DNA of 64,000 nucleotides from Quinella sp. 2Q5 (GCA_015206785.1 JADEZQ010000011.1:543-64542); one strand, 5' to 3'; positions 18,293-27,090 are shown, counted from the first letter of the stretch. Notes: generated by a model from the letters alone, not told the origin. Numbers and translations: made by a program.

Positions 18293-19012
18293 ATGAGTAC
18301 CTATGCATTGTTGCTGGCTTCGGGCAAGGGTCAACGCACCCGTCAGGACATTCCCAAGCAGTTCATCAACGTTTACGACAAACCGATAATCATTTACACG
18401 CTGGAAAATTTTCAGCGGCACCCGGAAATCGACGGCATCGTCGTCATCTGTTTGGACGGCTGGCAGGATATTTTGCGCGCCTATTCCCGCCAATACAACA
18501 TCACCAAGCTCAAAGCCATCGTCAACGGCGGCGCGACCGTTCAAGAATCCACGCGCAACGGCGTCTTTGCGCTCAAAGATTTTTGCGTGGACGATGACAT
18601 TGTCGTCTTGCACGACGGCATTCGCCCAATGGTGGACGAGGAAGTTTTGTCCGACGTCATAGCCACGTGCCGTCAGCATGGAAACGGCGTGACCAGCTTG
18701 CCCTACAACGAACAGATTTTCAGGAAGGCCGACGACTTCACCACGCACGAATACATCGTCCGCGAGACCCTGCGCCGCGTGCAAACCCCCCAAGCGTATA
18801 AATTCGGCAAAATGCTTTGGGCGTATGAAAAAGCTTTCGCGGAGAACATCGGCATTCAAGGTTCCTCCTACGCCAACACGATGATGGTTGACCTGGGCGA
18901 AACGCTCTACTTTGCCAGCGGCTCCGACCGCAACATCAAAATCACCACCGTGGACGATATTGAGCTGTTCAAAGCACTCCTTGCCGCGAAAAAAACTGCC
19001 TGGTTCAAATGA
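18293..19012 (+). CDS. IspD/TarI-family sugar-alcohol-phosphate cytidylyltransferase (CDP-ribitol synthase-like)
   Basis: ALLLASGKGQRT P-loop-like motif and VLHDGIRP. The family-typical N-terminus starts at ATG 18293; the listed ORF starts at 18254. Confidence 0.8.
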   Translation: MSTYALLLASGKGQRTRQDIPKQFINVYDKPIIIYTLENFQRHPEIDGIVVICLDGWQDILRAYSRQYNITKLKAIVNGGATVQESTRNGVFALKDFCVDDDIVVLHDGIRPMVDEEVLSDVIATCRQHGNGVTSLPYNEQIFRKADDFTTHEYIVRETLRRVQTPQAYKFGKMLWAYEKAFAENIGIQGSSYANTMMVDLGETLYFASGSDRNIKITTVDDIELFKALLAAKKTAWFK

Positions 19013-19021
19013 GGTGATGAC

Positions 19022-20074
19022 GTGTACATCAAACATGAACTCTATGCCGCGGACATAGCTTCCATTGCCGACGAGGCTCTGCCGTGGGAAAAGCTGTCGG
19101 GCAAAAGTTTGCTCTTGACCGGCTCGACGGGCTTGATCGGCACGGTTATCGTTGATGCGCTGATGTTGAAAAACCGCCGCGACAATCTCAACGTCCGAGT
19201 CTTGGCGGCGGGCCGCAACGAGAAAATTGCCGCCCAACGTTTCGCTGACTACGCGGGCTATAAAAATTTTTCGTTCGTCCGCGTTGACGTCAACAATCCG
19301 ATTGAAATCGCCAAGCCCGTCGACGTCATCATTCACGCCGCGAGCAACACGCACCCCATGCTTTATGCGACCGAGCCCGTCAGCACCATGACGACGAACA
19401 TCATCGGCACACACAATCTGCTTGAGCTTGGGCTTCGGAAAAAAATTTCGCGCTTCGTCTTCGTGTCGACCGTCGAAATCTACGGCAAGGCTCTCAACGA
19501 CGAGGACGTCTTCGACGAAAAATATTGCGGCTACATCGACTGCAACAGCGTGCGCGCGGGCTATCCCGAATCCAAACGCGCGGGCGAAGCTCTCTGCCAG
19601 GCGTACATCAGCCAACACGGGCTCGACATCGTCATTCCGAGGCTGTGCAGGATCTACGGCGCGACCATGAGGCTCAACGATTCAAAGGCAATGAGCGAAT
19701 TTATCATGAACGGCGTGCGCGGCGAGGACATCGTCCTAAAGAGCAAGGGGTTGCCGAGATTTTCTTACTGCTGTGCAACCGACGCGGCTAACGGAATTCT
19801 TTACTGTCTGCTCCGCGGCGAATGCGGCGAAGCGTACAACGTCGCCGACTCCAGCGAGATCATGTCCCTGCGCGAAATCGCCGAGTACATCAGCTCCATC
19901 GCGGGGCGCAAAGTCGTCTTCGAGTTGCCGAGCGAGACGCAGGCGAAAGGTTTTTCCAAGGCAGTCAACGCCATCTTGACCAACGACAAGCTGCGCGGCT
20001 TAGGTTGGGCTCCAAAAGACGACACGCGCTCCGGCGTGCGCAAGACCGTGGAAATTTTGAAGTCGCTCGTTTGA
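19022..20074 (+). CDS. NAD(P)-dependent SDR epimerase/reductase (possible ribulose-5-P reductase partner of the cytidylyltransferase)
   Basis: Rossmann motif LLTGSTGLIGT and catalytic YPESK. The functional pairing is inferred from adjacency, by analogy with Bcs1/TarIJ systems. Confidence 0.75.
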   Translation: MYIKHELYAADIASIADEALPWEKLSGKSLLLTGSTGLIGTVIVDALMLKNRRDNLNVRVLAAGRNEKIAAQRFADYAGYKNFSFVRVDVNNPIEIAKPVDVIIHAASNTHPMLYATEPVSTMTTNIIGTHNLLELGLRKKISRFVFVSTVEIYGKALNDEDVFDEKYCGYIDCNSVRAGYPESKRAGEALCQAYISQHGLDIVIPRLCRIYGATMRLNDSKAMSEFIMNGVRGEDIVLKSKGLPRFSYCCATDAANGILYCLLRGECGEAYNVADSSEIMSLREIAEYISSIAGRKVVFELPSETQAKGFSKAVNAILTNDKLRGLGWAPKDDTRSGVRKTVEILKSLV

Positions 20075-20086
20075 GGAGTTGTCGGC

Positions 20087-21214
20087 GTGAAAGACACGAT
20101 TGAACACACGATTGACCGCATGCTCCTCCGGCAGAACGAACTGCTTCAAACCCAGAACGAGTTGCTTCAACAGCTCATCGCGCAAAAAAATTCCGCGCCC
20201 GAAAAAAATTTGCTGCCCGACGAAAAAATTTTTGTCGACGATCTTTGGCGCGACGAGATTCGCGGCGGCTACGTCGTCACCGCGCAGAGAAAGCGGCTCT
20301 GGAATATTCAGCTCAACCTCATCGCCGAAGTCGAACGCATCTGCACCAAGCACAATATCCGCTGGTTTGCTTATGGCGGAACTCTGCTCGGCGCGGCTCG
20401 GCACAAAGGCTTTATCCCCTGGGACGACGACGTCGATATCTCAATGTTGCGCCCCGACTACGAGAAGTTTAAGCGCGTCATCGTCGAGGAGATTAAGCCG
20501 CCGTATTTCGTTGACGCCTGGTACGATTACCGTTTGGAAGACGAAGAGCCCGCCGTCGACAAAAACTTTCAGCAATTCGTCAAGCACGACCAACGCACTA
20601 AGCACCCGACGTGGTGGCCGTTCTGGCCGATAATCAAGCTCAAAGATTCGCGCACGACCTTCGTCCAATATCTCGACCGCCCGCATGTCCATCAGGGCAT
20701 TTGGATTGACATCTTCCCGTTCGACCCCGTGCCGCCATTCGCAACCCGCAATCAAGCAAAGATATTTGAAGTGGAACGGGAGATGATGCACGCAATGGCT
20801 CGCCCCGACACGATACGCAAGGCGTTGGCGGAAAACAAACCGTTGCTCGTCAATCGCGACGACCTGAAGAAATTCCTGGCTCTGCCGCACAGAACGAAGG
20901 CGCGGGTAATTGACGACTACTTCGCGAAGAATTTCCACCCCGACACCGTCAACGTCGGGCAGGTGCGCGGGCACACGCTGGCTAAGCACCCGCAGTATTA
21001 CGCGCTGAAAAATTTTTCGCAGACCGTTTATCTGCCGTTCGAGCTGATGAAAATTCCCGCGCCCGTCGGTTGGGAAGATTGCCTCAAGTCGCAATACGGC
21101 AATTGGCGCAAACCCGTCTTCGCCAAGCCGCACGCCAAGGTTTTTAGCGCGGACTTCTCCTATCGAGATTTTTTCAGCAAGGCGGACATCGGCAAGATCG
21201 ACAAGTTCCAATGA
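20087..21214 (+). CDS. LicD-family phosphotransferase (paralog 2)
   Basis: GTLLGAARHKGFIPWDDDVDISM. Clearly paralogous to 17072-18238 along the full length, including the QNELL N-terminal repeat. Confidence 0.8.
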   Translation: MKDTIEHTIDRMLLRQNELLQTQNELLQQLIAQKNSAPEKNLLPDEKIFVDDLWRDEIRGGYVVTAQRKRLWNIQLNLIAEVERICTKHNIRWFAYGGTLLGAARHKGFIPWDDDVDISMLRPDYEKFKRVIVEEIKPPYFVDAWYDYRLEDEEPAVDKNFQQFVKHDQRTKHPTWWPFWPIIKLKDSRTTFVQYLDRPHVHQGIWIDIFPFDPVPPFATRNQAKIFEVEREMMHAMARPDTIRKALAENKPLLVNRDDLKKFLALPHRTKARVIDDYFAKNFHPDTVNVGQVRGHTLAKHPQYYALKNFSQTVYLPFELMKIPAPVGWEDCLKSQYGNWRKPVFAKPHAKVFSADFSYRDFFSKADIGKIDKFQ

Positions 21215-21221
21215 GGAGGGT

Positions 21222-21647
21222 TTGCTGTTGGTCATCGGTTACACGACGGGCGTCTACGATCTGTTTCACATCGGGCACCTGAATCTGCTAAAGAACGCTA
21301 AAGGTCTTTGCGACAAGCTCATCGTCGGCGTGACTGTGGACGAGCTGGTCAAGTACAAACACAAGCGCGCCATCATTCCCTTCGAGGACAGGCTGGAAAT
21401 CGTTCGTTCCATCAAATACGTCGACGCCGCCATCCCGCAAGAAGACATCGACAAGTTTTCCGCCTGGGAGAAGCTCAAGTTCGACATCCTCTTTGTCGGC
21501 GACGATTGGTACCAATCCGAACGTTGGCGCGATATGGAAGCGAAGTTCGCGGCGGTCGGCGTCAAGGTCATCTACTTCCCCTACACCAAAGGCGTCAGCT
21601 CCACCGTCATCAGTCAGGCTTTGGGCTTAATGAGGGAGATTGATTGA
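21222..21647 (+). CDS. tagD: Glycerol-3-phosphate cytidylyltransferase
   Basis: GYTTGVYDLFHIGHLNLL (HxGH) and RTKGVSST-like (YTKGVSST) motifs. Confidence 0.85.
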   Translation: MLLVIGYTTGVYDLFHIGHLNLLKNAKGLCDKLIVGVTVDELVKYKHKRAIIPFEDRLEIVRSIKYVDAAIPQEDIDKFSAWEKLKFDILFVGDDWYQSERWRDMEAKFAAVGVKVIYFPYTKGVSSTVISQALGLMREID

Positions 21648-22690
21648 ACATGGTCGACAAAAATTTTTGCATGAGTTCCTATCTTGCCTTCCGATACATC
21701 GAACGCGACGGCATGGATTTTTTTGAAGGGTTGCACCATCAAAACATCAAGCCCGTCACCGACACCGTCAAGGTCACAACGGCCGACGACATCGACGCCG
21801 CTCTTGCCGACAACTTCGCCAAGCTGCGCGGCAAACGTTTGGGACTGATGCTTTCGGGCGGCATGGACTCGGCAATTTTGGCGGCGTACATGCGCGGCAG
21901 CGACGCTTACACCTTCCGCTTCACGGGCGGCAATCTTTACGACGCGGAAATCGCGCGGGCGAAGTATTACGCCGAAACCTACAACCTGCGCCTGCATTAT
22001 GTCGACATCGATTGGCAGACGATTGAGCCACATATCGATTCGCTCATGCGTGCCAAGAGTGCTCCCGTCCACTCCATCGAACCGCAAATTGTCGTCGCGG
22101 CACTGCAAGCAAAATCCGACGGCGTGAACATGATGATCGTCGGCGAAAGCTCAGACTTGATCTTCGGCGGCATGGATCAGCTTTTGGCGCGGGATTGGAA
22201 ATTCGACGACTTCAAAGCCCGCTACATCTTCACCGACCCCGCAGATGTTTTGGTTGAGCCGACCGACGTGAGCTATCTGTTCGAGCGTTATCGTCGCGGC
22301 GACAAGATTGACTTCCTGAAGTTTATGGACGACGTCTTTGCGATTGAAAGTTCAAGCTCCTACATGAACGCGTTTGCCGTGGCGGGGATTGATTACGCTG
22401 ACCCTTATGCCAACCTGCGCATGGGCGAGCCGCTCGACCTGCACCGCGTGCGAAACGGCGAGCCCAAGTATCTGATTCGTGAGCTGTTCGCGAAAAAATA
22501 TCCCGCCTTCCCCGTGCCCAACAAGGTGCCAATGCCGCGTCCGGTCGATTCGTATTTCGCCAACTGGCGCGGACCTGTGCGCAACGAGTTCAAGCCGCAG
22601 CTCGACATGAAAAATTTCACGGGCAACCAACGCTGGCAACTCTATTGCATGGAAAGATTTTTGAATTTGTTCGACGAGAGAGGCGTTTGA
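21644..22690 (+). CDS. Asparagine-synthetase-domain PP-loop ATP pyrophosphatase without a glutaminase domain
   Basis: LGLMLSGGMDSAILAAYM (SGGxDS PP-loop). At 348 aa it has no N-terminal Ntn glutaminase domain. Confidence 0.7.
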   Translation: MNMVDKNFCMSSYLAFRYIERDGMDFFEGLHHQNIKPVTDTVKVTTADDIDAALADNFAKLRGKRLGLMLSGGMDSAILAAYMRGSDAYTFRFTGGNLYDAEIARAKYYAETYNLRLHYVDIDWQTIEPHIDSLMRAKSAPVHSIEPQIVVAALQAKSDGVNMMIVGESSDLIFGGMDQLLARDWKFDDFKARYIFTDPADVLVEPTDVSYLFERYRRGDKIDFLKFMDDVFAIESSSSYMNAFAVAGIDYADPYANLRMGEPLDLHRVRNGEPKYLIRELFAKKYPAFPVPNKVPMPRPVDSYFANWRGPVRNEFKPQLDMKNFTGNQRWQLYCMERFLNLFDERGV

Positions 22691-23152
22691 ATGTTTGTCT
22701 ATCGCAAGCCGACGTTCGCGGATGTCGACGAGATTTACGAGCTAATCGCGCTTTACGCGGCGCAGGGCTTGATGTTGCCCAAACCACACAGCGTGCTGTA
22801 TGAGACGTTGCGCGAGTTCGTTGTCGCTGAAGAAGTCGCGTCGAAAAAAATCGTCGGCGTCGGAGCACTGCACCTGACATGGAACGAGCTGGCGGAGGTT
22901 CGTTCAATGGCGGTCGACGAAAATTTTTCGCGACAGGGAATCGGCTCTGCCATCGTCAAAAAACTTTTGGCGGAAGGTCGCGCGGTCGGCGTCAAAGAAT
23001 TTTTCACGCTGACCTATCGGCCGGACTTCTTCGCGTCGCTGGGCTTCGAAGTCACAACGAAAGAATCTCTGCCGCACAAAATCTGGAAGGAATGCATCGA
23101 CTGCCCGAAGTTCTCCAACTGCGACGAAATTGCCATGACACTCGGCGGCTGA
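22691..23152 (+). CDS. GNAT N-acetyltransferase (short ArgA-like amino-acid acetyltransferase type)
   Basis: Acetyl-CoA site RQGIGSAIVKKL and a C-terminal KIWKECIDCPKFSNCDE cysteine motif. Confidence 0.7.
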   Translation: MFVYRKPTFADVDEIYELIALYAAQGLMLPKPHSVLYETLREFVVAEEVASKKIVGVGALHLTWNELAEVRSMAVDENFSRQGIGSAIVKKLLAEGRAVGVKEFFTLTYRPDFFASLGFEVTTKESLPHKIWKECIDCPKFSNCDEIAMTLGG

Positions 23153-23163
23153 AAAAAATTTTT

Positions 23164-23194
23164 CCCCTCGGCTTCGGCAGGGGGGAATTTTTTT
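23164..23194 (+). terminator. Intrinsic terminator after the glycopolymer locus
   Basis: CCCCTCGGCTTCGGCAGGGGGG hairpin followed by AATTTTTTT. Confidence 0.55.
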
Positions 23195-23239
23195 GCGTGG
23201 AACTGTACGCTTGAGAATTTTTTACACGGAGGAATCTCT

Positions 23240-23890
23240 ATGGAACAACGCACCATTCACATCACGGGCGTCGGGCACGTGACGCAGGCTCCCGATACCG
23301 TCGTCGTGTCGCTGAGGCTGACCGCGAGCAATCCCGAATACGCCGCCGCCGTGACCATAGGCAACCAGCAAATCGAGATGTTGCGCGAGGCGATTGTTGA
23401 GGCGGGCTTTGATGCCGACGACCTGAAGACGACGAGCTTCGACGTTCGCGCGGTCTATGAGGACGAGGAATATCGCGAAGGCAATTCCAAACGCTACCGC
23501 CGGAATCTCACGGGCTTCGAATGCGTTCACGACCTCAAGCTCACGTTCGACATCGACAACGCCAAGCTCAACGCCGCCATCGACACGATTGCCGTCTGCC
23601 TGAGCGAGCCAAAGCTTTCCGTCGCGTTCACCGTCAAGGACACCGACGCCCTTGCCGACAAAATTTTGGAGGCCGCCGCCCGCGACGCCCTTCGCAAGGC
23701 AAAAATTCTCTGCGCGGCAGCTGACGTCAAACTCGGCAGGCTGATCCGTGTCGATTATCCGCGCGACGAACTGACCGTTCACGACGCACCGCAAGCCGTG
23801 CTCGCCGCCTCGACCGACAGCGCGTTTGACTTCCAACCCGACGACGTGACCGCGACCGACAGCGTCAAGTTCATCTGGGAGATTGACTGA
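23240..23890 (+). CDS. SIMPL-domain (DUF541) protein
   Basis: IHITGVGHVTQAPDTVVVSLRL start and overall SIMPL pattern. No signal peptide seen. Confidence 0.7.
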   Translation: MEQRTIHITGVGHVTQAPDTVVVSLRLTASNPEYAAAVTIGNQQIEMLREAIVEAGFDADDLKTTSFDVRAVYEDEEYREGNSKRYRRNLTGFECVHDLKLTFDIDNAKLNAAIDTIAVCLSEPKLSVAFTVKDTDALADKILEAAARDALRKAKILCAAADVKLGRLIRVDYPRDELTVHDAPQAVLAASTDSAFDFQPDDVTATDSVKFIWEID

Positions 23891-24867
23891 TGACGCGGCG
23901 GCTGAAGTTCTCAATCGGCGACAATCAGCGCGGCTACAAATCGGTTGAGCTGACCATTGACGGCGGGCAGGTCTCGCGAAAAATTTTGCGCGGCGGTCTG
24001 TCGGCTGTCGGCAAAAAAATTTTCCCCGCCGAAGAAATTTCCGACGAACATCTTGCGAAGTTGGATGCGCTGGAAATTTTTGCGTGGGAAAAAAATTATT
24101 CTTCGGCGACGCGTGGCGTGCAGTGGCAACTGACTTTCAGCGACGGCGACGAAATTTATCGCGGGCGCGGCGACGGAGCCTTCCCCGAAAATTTTGAGCG
24201 GCTCGCGGATTGGCTCGACGAATTTTTTCCTGAGCTTGAGTTCATCGACAGGCAAAGGCTTGAGCGCGTGACGATTGATTACATCGGCGAGAGGCTGACC
24301 GTTGACCGCCGCGACAAGACGTTGACGCTCGACAAGCCCAAATCCAATCACGTTTACGGCATTGACGACGACAAAAAAATTTTCATCGCCGCGCAGAAAT
24401 TGTTCGACGCCGTGGACATCGCGGACGCCGTGGAATTTTCTTGCATGTGCGCAACGTTTGAACTGGTTCGCCACGACGGGACGGTTGACGCCTTCGCCGC
24501 GCCGTACACCGAAAATTTTTTGCCGGGGCTGACGAAATTCCTTGAAGCCGTTCGCACGTTCATAGACGACTTGACCGCCGACATCCTCGCGCCGCCGCAG
24601 TCTGCCGAAATTTCTGCGCGACGCGGTCGGCTCATTCTGTGCAAGGTGCAATTCCCCGGCAGCTACAAGCACTACACTTACAGCACCGACGACGAGACCT
24701 TGAGCGCGGGCGACATCGTGGACGTTCCCGTCGGCCGCAACAACGACGTGACCTGGGCGCGGCTGGTCGAGATCGGTTACTTCGACGAGTACGACACGCC
24801 CATTCCACGCGACAAGATAAAAAAAATCATCGGCAAGCACGTCGCCGACGAATGGGAAAACGTTTGA
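23890..24867 (+). CDS. Hypothetical protein, 325 aa
   Basis: ATG overlaps the SIMPL stop (TGATG). The C-terminal roughly 70 aa (YKHYTYSTDDETLSAGDIVDVPVGRNNDVTWARLVEI) looks like a small beta-barrel module. I recognise no family. Confidence 0.5.
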   Translation: MTRRLKFSIGDNQRGYKSVELTIDGGQVSRKILRGGLSAVGKKIFPAEEISDEHLAKLDALEIFAWEKNYSSATRGVQWQLTFSDGDEIYRGRGDGAFPENFERLADWLDEFFPELEFIDRQRLERVTIDYIGERLTVDRRDKTLTLDKPKSNHVYGIDDDKKIFIAAQKLFDAVDIADAVEFSCMCATFELVRHDGTVDAFAAPYTENFLPGLTKFLEAVRTFIDDLTADILAPPQSAEISARRGRLILCKVQFPGSYKHYTYSTDDETLSAGDIVDVPVGRNNDVTWARLVEIGYFDEYDTPIPRDKIKKIIGKHVADEWENV

Positions 24868-25635
24868 TCATTTGATTGCGCCAAGCTTCTGCAGAGCCGC
24901 GCGGGCAGCCTCTTGCTCGGCGGCTTGTTTGCTTTTGCCGACGCCGCGCCCGAAAATTTTTCGGTCAATCATTGCCGCGGCCTCGAACGTCGGCATGTGC
25001 GGCGGACCGCTCGAACTGATGATGGAGTAGGTGAGCTTCTGCGGCGGTCGTTGCTGAATGATTTCCTGCAGCTTGCTCTTGTAGTCCTTCGGAATGCCGG
25101 TAACCCTGACGTGCTCGAACTCGGCAGCGAACTTGTCGAAGACGAAATCGCGGGCAACTTCCCAGCCGTGCTCCAGATAGATGACGCCGATAAGAGATTC
25201 CATTGCGTCTTCAAGATTGGAAGCCATGCCGCGCGTGGAAGAGAATTCGGTCGGTCCAACCTGCAACAGTTCGTCCAAGCCGAGTTCCTTTGCCAGCCGC
25301 GTCAATGTCGATTGGCGCACGACGCTCGAACGCATTTTGGTCAGCTCGCCCTCAGTGAAGGTCGGGAAGTGTTCGAACATGTATGTTGCCGACGCCAGCC
25401 CAAGCACCGCGTCGCCCAAAAATTCCGGTCGCTCGTTGTACTTGAGCATCGGTTCGAATTCTTTGGCGTAGGACTTGTGAGTCAGTGCCTGGTTCAAAAG
25501 TTCCAGCCGCGAAAATTTCAGCCCAAGCCGCGCCGAAAATTTCTCCAGCAGTTTGCGCCGCTTGTCGGACAAAACTTCTTCGACGGTGACGCCTTCGCCT
25601 TCGGGCATCTCAAAAATTTTCTCGTCAATCGTCAA
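24868..25635 (-). CDS. rnc: Ribonuclease III
   Basis: ERPEFLGDAVLGL catalytic signature and a C-terminal dsRBD (GPPHMPTF, GVGKSKQAAEQEAARAAL). TTG start at 25635 lies 8 nt after GGAGGTG. Confidence 0.9.
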   Translation of the reverse strand: MTIDEKIFEMPEGEGVTVEEVLSDKRRKLLEKFSARLGLKFSRLELLNQALTHKSYAKEFEPMLKYNERPEFLGDAVLGLASATYMFEHFPTFTEGELTKMRSSVVRQSTLTRLAKELGLDELLQVGPTEFSSTRGMASNLEDAMESLIGVIYLEHGWEVARDFVFDKFAAEFEHVRVTGIPKDYKSKLQEIIQQRPPQKLTYSIISSSGPPHMPTFEAAAMIDRKIFGRGVGKSKQAAEQEAARAALQKLGAIK

Positions 25636-25870
25636 AAATAGTCACCTCCGCAAAATTTATGTGAGCTTCGGTCGCGGCGATTGGCTTCGGCTGTCGTCAC
25701 GTCATTCGCGAAATTGGATGCAACGTCACGTTGCTTCTCGTCAATCGTCAAAAATAGTCACCCCCGCAAAATTCATGTGAGCTTCGGTCGCGGCGATTGG
25801 CTTCGGCTGTCGTAACGTCATTCGCGAAATTGGATGCAACGTCACGTTGCTTTTCGTCAATCGCCAAATC
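25623..25870 (-). repeat. Tandem direct repeat, 116-bp unit in about 2.1 copies, duplicating the rnc RBS, start codon and first 6 codons
   Basis: CGTCAATCG recurs at 25623, 25739 and 25855. The units are near-identical and each contains the palindrome GCAACGTCACGTTGC. Confidence 0.9.
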
Positions 25871-25872
25871 GT

Positions 25873-27075
25873 TCACCTCGTGTCAGATTTCATGAGCCCT
25901 TCCGCCGCAATCATCGTTCCCGCAAGCAACCAGAACTCGCGCATGATGGGCACCTGGTTCATGTTCGTGTCGGTCAGCCCCTCGAACTGCAGAGCCGCCA
26001 ACATCAGAAACGCCGTGATTCCCGCGCCGAATGCATTGCGTTCGCGACGCCACTGCAAGAAAAATTCGCGGAAGAAATACACATACAGCCCCACGAACGA
26101 CAGCAGCCCAATCAAGCCGCCTTCGCTCGCTCGGTGCAGGAAGTTGTTGTGCGGATGAGTGTGACCGCGCATGTCTTCACCCGGGCGTTCCTGCGCGTCG
26201 GGGGAGATGTATTCTTCGTTGTAAGCGCGGAAGAACATCTTCTGCCCCACGCCCGTCAACGGATAGTCGCGAAAAATTTCTGCCGCAGACTGCCACATCA
26301 GCACGCGTTCGGAATTGCTCTGGAAGTTCGCGTCGGTCAAGGTTATCAATCGATCCTGAAGCCGCGGCGAGAATATCGTCACCAGCAAGAAGATGATTGC
26401 CAGCCCCGCGAAAATTTTTGCCGTCACGCGCAGATATCGCCGCTCCATCAGCACGAAGACCAGAGCCGTGGCAACCAGAGCCAACCACGCGCCGCGCGTC
26501 ATGCTCAGCACCAAACAGACCAGGCTCAACGCCGCGCCGAAGACTGCCAGCCGTTTCCACAGCATCGGCAAAATTTCCGACCGCGCCATAAAAATCATTA
26601 TCGGCAACTGCATGAGCATGAACGAGCCGTAGAACGTTGGCGTGTGGTTGAAGCCGTAAGCGCGTGGCTTGCCGTTGATGACTTGCCAAATGCCCGCCGC
26701 GTCGTTGATGAGGAAGGCAACCAGCGACACGATTAGCACGCTGCAAAGTTGTTCGCGCCGCTTGATGAAGGTCATTGCGAACAGCAACGGGAAGAAGCGA
26801 TGAACTTCGCCGAGGACTTCGCGCAGGCTCGTTAGCACCTCCCAACTGGTCAGCGCGGTTATGACTTGGCAGACCAGATACAGCGCGAGGACTTCCAAAA
26901 TTTTTGCGTCGAAGGTCGGTAGCTTGCGCTTGCGTGCAAAGTTCACGGCGATGAACAGCACGCCCAATCCGACTGCGATACTTGCGGCGGCGGTCGACAG
27001 CGGCACGGCGAACGCCATCAACAGCACGACGACGAACATTGCCGCGTCCAATGAAAATTTTTTCGGCATGGTCAC
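25873..27075 (-). CDS. O-antigen ligase (WaaL/Wzy_C) family membrane protein
   Basis: About 10-12 TM helices, with SMTRGAWLAL and HPHNNFL motifs in the large external loop. Confidence 0.8.
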   Translation of the reverse strand: MTMPKKFSLDAAMFVVVLLMAFAVPLSTAAASIAVGLGVLFIAVNFARKRKLPTFDAKILEVLALYLVCQVITALTSWEVLTSLREVLGEVHRFFPLLFAMTFIKRREQLCSVLIVSLVAFLINDAAGIWQVINGKPRAYGFNHTPTFYGSFMLMQLPIMIFMARSEILPMLWKRLAVFGAALSLVCLVLSMTRGAWLALVATALVFVLMERRYLRVTAKIFAGLAIIFLLVTIFSPRLQDRLITLTDANFQSNSERVLMWQSAAEIFRDYPLTGVGQKMFFRAYNEEYISPDAQERPGEDMRGHTHPHNNFLHRASEGGLIGLLSFVGLYVYFFREFFLQWRRERNAFGAGITAFLMLAALQFEGLTDTNMNQVPIMREFWLLAGTMIAAEGLMKSDTR

Positions 27076-27090
27076 CTCTCCTTGGCAGTG

